From: Dipteris shenzhenensis
Taxonomy: Eukaryota
Assembly (NCBI GenBank): GCA_047967505.1
Contig: CM106538.1
Length of the DNA stretch: 64,000 bases
Strand: one strand, 5' to 3'
The notes beneath the pieces are model-generated. The model was not told the origin of the DNA, ran no database searches, and worked only from the letters and a program-made list of their open reading frames with translations. Shown here piece by piece: positions 12,646 through 23,569 of this stretch. Within the stretch, counting starts at the first letter, position 1, and every line of letters begins with the position of its first letter. The position numbers were made by a program, and so were the translations under genes.

Positions 12646-12830
12646 CTGAAACGCGTTTCAGAGCCCAGCCAGGCCTGAAACGCCGTTTCAGAGACCAAGC
12701 GTTTCTGAAACGCGTTTCAGGGCCCGAAACGTTTCGGGACCCTGAAACGGCTGGCTGAAACGTTTCAGCCAGCCTGAAACGCGTTTCAGGTTGCTGAAAC
12801 GCCGCGTTTCAGACAACAAACGTTTCTAGG
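12646..12830. repeat. Left subterminal array of palindromic CTGAAACG(C)GTTTCAG motifs
   Basis: About 8 palindromic units. Confidence 0.85.
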
Positions 12831-13246
12831 TCTTCAATGTCTTGCGAGATGCGCCGCCAGCCCCGTTTTCTTCCTGTTTGCCTCCGATTTTTGCCTCCTT
12901 CCACTCCTTCAGCCTCATAGTTTATACTCTCTCCAGAGTCCATCCATCCTCAAGGTTTAGGGGCCCTCCTTCAGCCCCATTCACTCCTGACTCCTGAGTC
13001 CTTTCCTCTCCTTTCTCTCTTGCAGCCTGCTTCAGCCTTCAGCCCTCCATCATCATTTTCTCCCCTGCAGCCCTCCTTCAGCCCTCCTTCAGCCCCCTCT
13101 TTCAGCCCTTTCTTTCAGCCTTCTGTTCCCTCCTCTTTCAGGCCCCACTTTCAAGTTTCAGGCTTCAGCCCTCTCTTTCAAGTTTCAACCCTTGGCTCTC
13201 TTTGCAGTTTCAGCCCCCCTTTCAAGCAACAAGCTTCCAAAGTTCC

Positions 13247-14991
13247 ATGGCTTCAAGACACCCTACCCCTGAGTCTCAGTTGGAGGTAGAATTCACCCAA
13301 TCAGATTTTTGGTGGAGTCAAGTCGATCTCCTGGGTGGCTACGACTCCAAGAAAGGAGGCACTCGCAAGTTCATGTGCAGGCGTTGTTGATTGAAAAGAG
13401 GTGGGATTCCTGATAGGGTGAAGGCCCATCTTCTTGGCATCAAGGGAGAGGGGATTACAATATGCACTGAAATATCCGAGGAAGAGAAAGCAAGGTTGGC
13501 ACGAGATGTCGAGGCATTTCCTTCCGCGAAGAAAGCTAGGACTATTGCATCCACTGGTGGAGGAGCTACTTCAGGTGCTCATATGGCTACTGCAAAAAGG
13601 AGTCCTCTTCCCTCTGCTGCTGCTACTACAATTTCATCTTCTGGGAGTGCACATGTTCTTGGAGCTACAGGTTCTACTCCTATTGCATCTCCTTCACCTC
13701 TCCCACCTACACGAAGGCAAAGCACTCTTTATACTGCATGGCATCCACAAAGGAAGGCACAGGTAGATGCAGCCGTGGCCCGTTTCTTTTACTCGAATGG
13801 GATTAGTTTCAATGTGGCACGGTCTGCTTATTTCAAGGAGATGGTGACTGAAATTACAGCCTTTGGGCCCACATACACCCCTCCCACTTTTGATGCATTG
13901 AGGGGAAAGCTTCTAGAGGATGAGGTGAAGGCAGTTAATGAGGCCATTCAGCCTGTGAAGGAGAAATGGCATAAGTATGGGGTCACTTTGGTAGCAGATG
14001 GCTGGAGTGATGTACGTAGTCGATCACTAGAGGGTATTTTGGCATATTGCAGAGGATCTTCTTTGTACATACACTCCATAGAGTGCGGAGTACAACAAAA
14101 AACAGCAAATGTTTTGATGCAGATGTGGGCAGATGCAGTGGAGTATGTGGGCCCGTCTAATGTTGTGCAGTTGGTTTCAGATGGTGAAAATACCAATAGG
14201 GCTGCAGGTGCATTATTGGAACAAAGGTACCCCCATATTCAATGGAGTTCTTGTGTTGCCCATTGTTTGAATAATTTGTTGAAAGACATTGGCAAATTAC
14301 CTTGGGTAAAAATTGTAATTGATAATGCAAGAGAGATGGTTGGGTTCATTACACGCCATCATTTTTCTCTCTCTTTGTATCGCACCTATGCAAGGAAGGA
14401 GCTTTTGAAGTATGCAGAGACAAGGTTTGCATACAATTATGTGATGCTTCGCAGACTCATTGAAATGAGACCTGCTCTTAAGCAGGTTGTGGCAAGCCCA
14501 CAGTGGGATGCATGGCCCACTTCAAAGCAGGCTCTTGGGATATTGGTGTACGATTTGTGCATAGGCAGCGATGACTTTTGGGCTGATGCATCACACTTGT
14601 ATGACTTGTGTAAGCCGATTGTCTTGTTGCTAAAAAAGGTTGATGGAGACATGCCTTTTATTGGCAAGGTATATGAGGGGATGGATCGCATGATAGAAAA
14701 TATCAGAGTGTTAGAGAAAGATCCCCACAGGTTGAAAGAGGTGGAGGAGTTGGCTGTGACTAGGTGGAATCAGTACTACTCTCCCATTCATGCGGCTGCA
14801 TTTGTGTTGGACCCAGAGTTTCAACACAAGGCAACTGCACAACAAAGTGATGCAGAGGTGGTCCGTGGTTGGAACCTCACTCTTCAGAAGATGGTGCAAA
14901 TGCCAGAGGCTCGCCGGACAGTGAAGGACCAGCTCGCCAATTACCGCAATAAGGAGGGCATATTTGGATGGCCAGATGCCCAGCATGACAG
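13247..14991 (+). pseudogene. hAT transposase exon 1 (BED zinc finger plus catalytic core) with one in-frame TGA at 13388-13390
   Basis: WWSQV...FMCRRC*...VKAHL...IC; VTLVADGWSD; CVAHCLN; AETRFA; HAAAFVLDP. Donor AG|GTAATC at 14991/14992. Confidence 0.85.
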
Positions 14992-15100
14992 GTAATCCTA
15001 ACTCATTTAAATTCTTAAATTTTACTATTTAATGATTCATAATTTTCAGATTTCATGAGCTTTGCCATATATCTGAATTTTATGATCTCTCAAATTTCAG

Positions 15101-15488
15101 ATTTCGAGTTGGGTCTGTTACATGGTGGGAGGATTATGGAGCTGATTCCCCACAGCTGCAAGCGCTTGCCATTCGGATTCTCAGCCAGGGTTGTAGCTCC
15201 TCCTCTTGTGAGCGCATGTGGAGCAGCTTTGCCCACATCCATACAAAGAAGAGGAACCGTCTCAAAGCACACAAGGCGAACGATCTTGTCTTTGTTAATG
15301 CAAACTTGCGTTTGCTTAACAAGATGAGACAAGAGTACACTCATGACAAGTTCATTGGTTTTCATAAGCCTGATGACACCCTCACTGATGATGATGAGGA
15401 GGGGGAGGATGATGACGACGACGACGACGACGATGAGGAGATGGCAGTGGAGGAGGAGGAGGAGGAGGAGGAGGAGGAGGACTCTTGA
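15101..15488 (+). pseudogene. hAT transposase exon 2 (hATC dimerisation domain plus acidic tail)
   Basis: Acceptor TTTCAG| at 15100 restores frame: WWEDYG...LQALAIRILSQGCSSSSCERMWSSFAHIHTKKRNRL, then a poly-D/E tail. Confidence 0.85.
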
Positions 15489-15986
15489 GTCTTGAGCAGC
15501 TGAGCTATCTAGATTCGAGAATCTAGATTCTACATTATGGATTTTGATCATATCATCAGTGATGTAGCGGTTGGCCTTAAGGCTTAGAGCCTAGGCTTTT
15601 GGGAATCTGAATTTTGTACTTTTGACTCTTGAGTCTTGAGTCTTGACTCTTGACAATGAGACATAATAATATATGAATCATATATTATATTGCCTTTGGC
15701 ATTTTGTAACTTGTCAATCTTCAGCTTTTCTCATTGATTTCAGATTTGTCATTTGTATTTGTAATATGTATTGCTCACTGCTAAGCTAACTTCTAAGCTC
15801 CAAGTTCTAAGTTATAATTTGTAACTTGTTCTAACTTCTAACTTCTAAGTTCTAACTGACATTGTGCCATGTGGTAAGTATTATGCACTATATTTTAAGT
15901 TACAGGTAGGCTGTAGGCTGTAGCATTCTAAATGTGTGTGTTCTCATCTCCAAACTCCCTTTTGTAAACCTCCCTTGCTGACGTGG

Positions 15987-16082
15987 CGTTTCCCCGTTTC
16001 AGCCCTCCCAGAAATCCCGAAACGTTTCCGTTTCCGTTTCCGTTTCCGTTTCCGTTCCCCGTTTCCCCGTTTCCGTTTCCCC
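15987..16082. repeat. Right subterminal (CGTTTC)n array of the hAT element
   Basis: More than 10 tandem GTTTCC/CGTTTC units just inside the right TIR. Confidence 0.85.
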
Positions 16083-17319
16083 TAACTATGTTTCGAAGTA
16101 ATATGATCAGCACTGTTTTTTCGGGGAAAAAAAAAGAAGTCTCTTTTTTGCCCCAAAAAAAAAAATTGTTCTGAAATTGGAGTCATCACTGTTGAGGTTT
16201 CTCTCTACAGGTCATCCATGGTCCTTCAAAATCCAAGCAGCTCCTACTGCTCTTGGCTAGGTAATTTTTATTGACAGTCAGTCTTGATCTATAATCATGA
16301 TTAGGTTGATGGTCATTATGAGCCTTCCTGACCTGTTTGATATCCCCAATTGAGGGAAGCTTTTCTGTGGAGGACCCCCTCGTCATCATCATACTTGTTG
16401 ATATAAGGCAGTCAAATTGGTATGTCTTTGGTACAGGGCCAGTTATACATTCTTTGTGCTGTAGCCTATCTGTTATCATCTAATAAACCGCTTTCTTTCA
16501 GAACTAGGTTTAACTTTTCTTCTTGTCAGTTCTAATGTTTGCATATGGCAAGGATACAATGCCTGATGTTAATGCTTTCATCATGTCAGCGGTTTGTCTT
16601 TTTAAATCTATCTCCTATCTCTCCTTTTTGTTACAACCATTTTTATAGCAAAATTTGCCAGTTTGTTTTAAACTAATGCTAATATATACAGCGAGATAAT
16701 GCTGACAGGTCCTTCACTCATTACAATACTACTTGAAATGATGCTGAAGTTCAACATGACTGCTGTATTTACATCTTTTTAGTGGAGTATTTGTGTCGAG
16801 CATCTTATGCTATTGCACATAGATAACATGGAGAGAAGGCATGAAAACTTTTCGATACTTGCTGCTCCACATCATATCCATAGTGGCCTCTTCATATGCT
16901 CACATTACCAGATGACATAATTGGGCACAACCACATGCATGCCTCTTTGTGGGCTTGTGCTGCCCTACAACTGGGCATACCTCTTTGCGGAATGCACGCA
17001 GCCCTTCATGAAGAGAAATATATCTTGACTTACTGAAAGTGGATGCTTAACTGTAAAATTTGCAATTGAAATCTGTTCAAATTTTATTGGAAGGTCACCT
17101 TCAGATGTTTGCAATATCCTGTTTCAAATATCAAGAACAAAGGTAGAAGCATTTGTATGTTTGTCAATCAGGGATATTTTGGACTGTAACAAGTTGTTTT
17201 TGTACTTATACAGTCCAGGAGAGTATCAGTTTGCTCTATTGAGTAATCTCCGCTGTACTTGCCTTTATTTTGGACTGCAGCCTTTATATGGCTCATTCTT
17301 TTTTCGCTTGAAATTGCAG

Positions 17320-17778
17320 CCAGTGCATTGTATTGTTTGGGCTAAAGATCTTCTTTTTGGAAGACTTTTTGGAGACAAAAGCCAAGCCAGTGATCTTGTT
17401 GTACACTCCAAAGATGGCAATGCACCTTCGGATACCGAAGATGCTGATTTTTTTGAGCTCAGAAGAGGCGAAGATTATGAATCTTATGCTTGCAGAATTT
17501 TTGATGGGGTCTTTGGTCACAATATTGCAGTCGCTTTGAAGAATGAGAGTACTTGGAAGACCAGGAAAAGGCCTCGCCCATTGTATATGGCTGAAGTTTT
17601 GCCAGACCACAAGAAACAAAAGATTGACTCTGTTCAATGCTGGAATGGGGTCACTGACCATTCTGTGTCCTCAATGGGAGTGCTAGGATTGAAAGATCCT
17701 CAGGAAGTTTGGAGCTTAACAGATAACGCCAGAGTCTTTTTACAATCTTTACAGCTACTCCTTGACACACGCCAAAAG
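17320..17778 (+). CDS. SAE2: SUMO-activating enzyme subunit 2 (UBA2), internal exon A
   Basis: TTGCAG|PVHCIVWAKDLLFGRLFGDK...FGHNIAVALKNESTWK...QEVWSL...QK|GT. Confidence 0.92.
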
Positions 17779-17894
17779 GTGAAGATGCTGAACGTCTAGA
17801 ACGACATCTAGAACATGATAATTCACATGGTGTTTAATTGAGTTTGTATTTATCGAAAAAGGAGTATCTTTTTGTGATGGCTTTTCTTTTGCAG

Positions 17895-18124
17895 GAAATT
17901 GGGAATCTAATCTTTGACAAGGATGATCAGTTAGCTGTTGAGTTTGTCACAGCTGCTGCAAATTTGCGATCGTTTTGCTTTGACATTCCCATGCAGACCC
18001 TTTTTGATGCAAAGGGCATTGCTGGAAACATTGTCCATGCAATAGCAACCACAAATGCAATAATCTCTGGTTTGATTGTTCTTGAAGCAATGAAGCTTCT
18101 TACTGATAACATAGAAAGTTGTAG
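17895..18124 (+). CDS. SAE2: SAE2 internal exon B
   Basis: [29 protein letters not shown]...[25 protein letters not shown]...|GTATGC. Confidence 0.95.
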
Positions 18125-18318
18125 GTATGCTTTATTTCACTTTCTACTATTTGTGAATCCCTTATTTTTTCATCTGTTGTTTTTGTTGTCAAAATATTTG
18201 CTCTAGCATCTGCTTTTTTTTTGGGTGGCATGGTCTTCGGCCATAAATTTTGTGACAAGGTTGTCCCCACCTGCTCTTCTTGTAGTCTACAATGTGACTT
18301 CCAATCTGTTGCAAATAG

Positions 18319-18412
18319 GACAACTTATTGTTTGGAATATCCAAGGAGACAAATGCTGCTTATGCCAGCAGAATTGGCAGGCCCAAAGCCTACGTGCTAT
18401 GTCTGTTCTGAG
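18319..18412 (+). CDS. SAE2: SAE2 internal exon C (second Zn-binding CxxC)
   Basis: ATAG|(R)TTYCLEYP...[12 protein letters not shown]; phase-compatible with exon B. Confidence 0.9.
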
Positions 18413-18509
18413 GTATAGATTTGTTTCTGCTCTGATTGAGAGTTTCTTTTCTTTGGGTGTGCTTGGGTAGAATCATTTACAGGTGTATTTTACTTGTTGT
18501 CTTCCTCAG

Positions 18510-18692
18510 ACTCCTTTGTGGTTGGAGGTCAATACATCAAAAACAAAGCTGAGAGACATTGTAGAGAAGATTGTAAAGGGGAAACTTTCTGTTAACTCAC
18601 CAATAATCATGCAAGGGGCATGCCTTATTTATGAGACAGGAGATGATTTGGAGGAAAACATGATCACACAATACAATTTGAATCTTGATAAG
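18510..18692 (+). CDS. SAE2: SAE2 internal exon D (ubiquitin-fold domain)
   Basis: CTCAG|TPLWLEVNT...KLRDIVEKIVK...LIYETGDDL...NLDK|GT. Confidence 0.9.
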
Positions 18693-19299
18693 GTTGGTCT
18701 GAGTTTTTTCCTTTTGCAAATGACAGTTTTATGGTTAACATTTATTCAAAATATATTTTTCTCCAGCTTTGGCTTGTTTACACCAGTTGGCTTTATGCTC
18801 ATGTGGAAATATATGCTGAGAGCTGAATGATGGCATTGTGAAGAAATGGTCTCGTTACATTTACATATTGCATAATTTTCGTGGAAAAAGAGGAGACAAT
18901 GAATTGCTTGAATGCTTTTGGATACTGAACAGTCAAGCCTAAATTTCTGAATATGTTGTGAAGAGGCCTTTTGAAATAAAACATTTTGTGTTCATAGTCA
19001 GTGACTTTGGTTATCTTTTAAATCCCTGAATGCAAGCTGCCTGTAAGAAGATCACATTGAGATATATACACAATTATGTCATACTTGCGTTTGTGGACAT
19101 ACCACCTCAGACAACCCCCACACACAGACATGCTTGTGGGCAACAGATTGTCGGTCTTTTTTCAAGGCTATGTATAAGGTGGCAGAAACTTATGACGGAA
19201 TATACACTTATGGCACAGAACCGGCTTTGAGGCTAAACTTTCAACAATGTCTCTCTGCTCACTGTACAGGGATGGTAGAGTTATCATTCACCCCACCCC

Positions 19300-20400
19300 A
19301 TTCCGAAATAGGGATATGCAGCCTGTGGGGCCAATAGTGCTTTGGCCTTTGCTTTTTGAAATGGAAATGGGACTTCATAGTCCTCACCAGGCAACCTTGT
19401 CGAGATCAACTGTCTAGGGGGGAGATACACTTAGACACACTAGAGACCAGAAAGTGGGCTCTAAGCCCATAGTACATGGGTACACATGGATGTTCTAACA
19501 CCGGTCGGAGAAGTGCGTGGATCAGGGGGGTGGCAGTCCTCTTCCGCTTGCACTAGACACACATCATGGTCATAGGCCCTAATGAGCATGCCTGTCATAT
19601 GTAGATTAGATTGTCAAGGCCCACATCCATGACATGTACATTGTAGCATGCTTCTTTCCACCACAAACGTTGCACTATGCCAAGATGTAGGGAGGTGTTA
19701 GGCTTCATTTCCTTGGCACCACTCTATGAGGACATCCAAAGATACATACAATTCAAGGTCATCTTACTCATAGGGGACTTCAATGCTAGAACCAAGCATG
19801 CATGCACGGATCTTGGATTTCTAGGAGGATGCCATCATACTTCCATCTACATAAGGAGAGTTGAATTATGGATCGGAGATGTGCACACTGAATTTATAAA
19901 CTTTATTTCTAAGGATCACCATAGCTAACTCAAGATCTCAGTTAATAGATTTTATATTGAGGCATGTTGTGGGATCAGAGACCTAAGGTTATGCATCTTT
20001 TGTGATACACATGAGGTGGAGATCAAGGAACATGTCTTGATGTGAGGCCTCAGATATCGTGAGATTAAAGGGAAGTATCACTTCTTTTCGCAGATGGATA
20101 CGTGGATATGGGTAGAGTCATTGACTAACTAAACTAGAGATGCTTTGCACTCTTCGTACACGAGCTCATCGAATTGGGTCTACATTCATAAGACCCCAAA
20201 GGATGGGCTATGCTGAGATTGGGACCTTGACTTTCAAGCATGTCAGGTCAGTAGGAGACTGGAATCTAGATATAGGCCAAAGAAGCACCGTCCTATTCGA
20301 TCTACCATTTTTGTAGCATCTAGACTTAGGCAACCTCACGCCATCCATCAGTACATCCTATAGAGAGGAGCAAAGGACATCAGCGATACTTCTCATACAT
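19300..20400 (+). mobile_element. Highly degenerate, internally deleted non-LTR retrotransposon remnant (APE endonuclease plus C-terminal Cys/His motif)
   Basis: GSGGVAVL-like (~19520) and VILLIGDFNART (~19760) motifs, then an RLC..C...EHVL-like motif (~19990-20040). No RT between them. Confidence 0.5.
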
Positions 20401-22917
20401 CGAGGCTTTAAATGGGACTTGAGTTTATCCCATGCAGAGCTAGTTCACTCATGCTTGGCACATGACATAGGACACATAACAAGATCTCCTTCGAATATAT
20501 GGAGTTTCTTTGCTGCCTTTTCTAGCTTCATTGATAGTTCTCTTTTTCTTGGAGGCAAAATAAACACTTCTAGCTCCCCTAGGGTGTGTCCTCTCATGAT
20601 GGTTTTACTTTTCATGGTCTCATAGTGTGTGTGTTTGTGTGTCATAGGACACTAGTTTAGTAGTAATCGGCAGCCTGACAAGAGAACATTGCCTTATTGG
20701 CTAGACTAGAGAGAATTTCCTAGGGCCATTTCTAGCATGTGTTTTTCCTATGAGTATACATACATGTCTTGTGAATCTATCATGGCCCCATTTAAGGGGA
20801 TTTTGACATGTTGGAGTGTGGAGTGCAGACGATAGATGTGGAAAGATGGGAAACTCATTGGCTCTTCAATCAGAGAGGATGGCAATTCTCAGTGTGTGGA
20901 AAGTACAAAACAAAAGCACCCTAGACATAACCTAACTAGACCTAAATTTGGGGTTTGAAATCCTAAATGATGTGGTAGGCCAAGAACATGTTACTAACCA
21001 ATGATTAAAGACATGTTGCTAGCTCAGACATATGTCAGATTAAAAAAGACACCACTATTAGGAGGGCATCCATGCCTATGAAACCAAGCATTAACTTCTA
21101 ACACAAATGCTCACATGATTGAAAATTGGGGTTGTGTGTGTGAAAGAGTCAAATCAGGCTATGTGTCTTGGTTGAGCAACAATCAAGCGATTGTAGAGTT
21201 GTCAACAATTGAATTGAGCACATCTCACCTTCAAGATTTTCTAGTGAGCTTGGCCTTCGTTGAACTTGAAGCAGTCCAAGAAGGAACAATTACCTTCTAT
21301 GACTATATTTCTATTGAAGGAGGACAAAATTTATGGAAAGTTCAGCACATGAAAATATCAAATTTGGAAAACATATCTCTTCTCTAAAGCATCTTTACCA
21401 AAGCACTCCCTTTGTACTTTAGAATTTGTCGGATTACTTCATATCAAGGATACGATGCTAGTAATGCTGGGAGTGTTAGAGTAGCTCATTTGTGGTCTCA
21501 TTTTGTAATGCTATATTCAGTCAATTGTTTGTTTATATTGATATAGATAGCAATGTAAAATGTTGAAGGCATTTTTTGGGGGTCATGCCCCCCCCTTTGC
21601 AATTGGACACTCCTTGGCTTTGGTTGGATATTGGTAGAAGATGGATGGAGAATGGTTTGTACAAGCTCAAACAACGAGAGGATCTCTTTTTCGTTTTTGT
21701 AAAACCATGGCGAGTAGTTTTTCATGAATGATTGGCTTAAACTAGGGTAACAGCATCAAAATCGGTAGTGCACATACCTAGGAGGTGGTGAGTGAGTGGT
21801 TTATTATACAAAGCCCAAATAACCAAAGGATACAAGTTTCCCGTTCAATCCCTATGCAAATACCTTTTTTGTAGGAAAATCTCCACAAATGATTGATTGA
21901 TAGTGGGCTATCAGGGTTTCATCAGTGCAAGCGGAGTGCATACACCTTGAAAGAGGGTGGGAGGATGGTTTGTATTATGTTAGGTTACTGGGAAGCATTG
22001 ACCTTACACAATTTATGCTTCAGAGAGGATGCTACGGAAACGTTCCCGAGTCCACACAAAATAGCCATTAGAGAGAGCATCAACCTTTGTTATCATGTTT
22101 ATAGGGGCTTTTGGATCGGTCATGATACTAGCTGTCCTGACTACTACTACTCTTTTGATAGCATGGTCTGTTCTGTGGTGTATATTTTCGTCCTTTGCAT
22201 GTTCTTCTCATTGAATTATCTACCCGAATGTACTGCATTCAATATCTTATTGATATCCCTATTCTCCCCATGCATTCATTGTAACCTTGATCCAGTTATT
22301 TCCTTTTTGGCCATCGTAACTAAATCATCCACAGAGTTCTATCCCATCTATATACATAATGTCTGTGTTTCTGTTCTTTCTTGGCTGATGCTAATAATAA
22401 GTCTGGGTGTACTTCTGATTTTCTGTGATAAACTTTGGTTTTATTTCTAGGCATTTCAACTCAAGGATACTTTTATAAAATGCATAGCAACCAGTGGATG
22501 TAAAACTTAAAATTCAAGCAGTAGGAGTGAAGAACGTGGAAATAATTCAAGCTTTCATGATTAGAGAGTATTTCTAATTCTCTTTGCTAAACTTTGGTTT
22601 ATTACTAGGCGCTGAGGATCTAAAATTTACAATTTGAGGAGTCCGAGTGAAGAACATGGAAATATTTCAAGCTTGCATGTGTAGAGATTTTTGCTTTTCA
22701 GGGTAGATATGTAAAGGGTTCATGTTTGTCCTTTGACCCGATGTGACTTTTTGTGACAAGTCTTTTGTTAATCTAGAGAAGATTAAGTATAGAAAGGCTC
22801 ATAATTTTATAACAATGAAATTAGTAGGGTGCAATGTTAAAATTCACCTCATGCTTTTCGCTATAATATTTCAAGTATCACTCTTCATTCTTTAGTTTAT
22901 TCCCTCCTTTTTCCTTT

Positions 22918-23055
22918 GACCATTTGTTATGATGATTTTGCTAGGCAAATTGAATAATTTAGTATATACATTTTTCGCAGACTCTGGACCATTTGTTATG
23001 ATGATTTTGCTAGGCAAATTGAATAATTTAGTATATACGTTTTTCGCAGACTCTG
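22918..23055 (+). repeat. 69-bp tandem duplication spanning the SAE2 exon E splice acceptor
   Basis: GACCATTTG...TTTTTCGCAGACTCTG twice, with one mismatch. Confidence 0.95.
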
Positions 23056-23147
23056 GACTCCTTTCCAACACCAATTACAAATGGTTCTGTATTGACAGTG
23101 GAGGATTTTCAGCAGGAATTTACATGCAGCCTCCAAATAAAGCACAG
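23050..23147 (+). CDS. SAE2: SAE2 internal exon E
   Basis: [39 protein letters not shown](R)|GT. Matches the UFD continuation of plant SAE2. Not in the ORF track. Confidence 0.88.
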
Positions 23148-23569
23148 GTTTTGCTACTAAATATTTGGAGGCCCTTTTTTCTTTGAAGATCTTCAAACAG
23201 TCAAAAATCTTCACTTTGCGTCTGTTATTGAACAAAATATTGTATAATGTATTATAATCTGCAGATCGTATGCCCATTTGGGTAGCATGGAATTCTCGTA
23301 TCCTTTTTTATAGAAGGTTGTTGTCTTCTTTGCCTTTGATTTAATCTGTGACACTCTTTTGTGATCCTTGCCCATCTCTACCGCTGTAGAAAAGGGAAAA
23401 GGGGGCAGATGTAGAAAAGAGGGGATAGAGCAGTAGAAGGGAGTGAGGGAGAGATAGAGCAGGTTGAGGGAGGGGGAGAGGGAGAAAGAAGGAAAGACGG
23501 AAAGTTTAGTAAATTCTTCGGAAGACCGATGGGTCGGTCTATGAGATTGTGAAAAAACCTGAAACAAAT

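Larger units (their letters stand above)
12636..16090 (+). mobile_element. hAT DNA transposon (BED finger / DUF659-like / hATC type)
   Basis: Imperfect TIRs CAGTGTTA (12636) and TAACTATG (16090). Dense subterminal AAACG/CGTTT arrays at both ends. Two-exon transposase. No clean 8-bp TSD. Confidence 0.85.

Noticed and set aside
12646-12830. Palindromic repeats superficially like a CRISPR array
   Set aside because: Eukaryotic context, irregular short spacers, no cas genes; explained as hAT subterminal motifs.
15928-16174. GNGNGN and FPFPFP ORFs
   Set aside because: Translations of the (CGTTTC)n array.
16186-16479. Minus-strand ORF with PVPKTYQ resembling the SAE2 catalytic-Cys exon (PAPKTYPVC)
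   Set aside because: Wrong strand, Cys spacing absent and no supporting splice context; most likely chance.
21893-22450. 185-aa hydrophobic ORF in the SAE2 intron
   Set aside because: No recognisable motif; T-rich intron composition explains it.
22425-22690. Diverged ~160-bp local duplication with AG-ending pyrimidine tracts
   Set aside because: No SAE2-like coding after either AG; treated as an ordinary intronic duplication.
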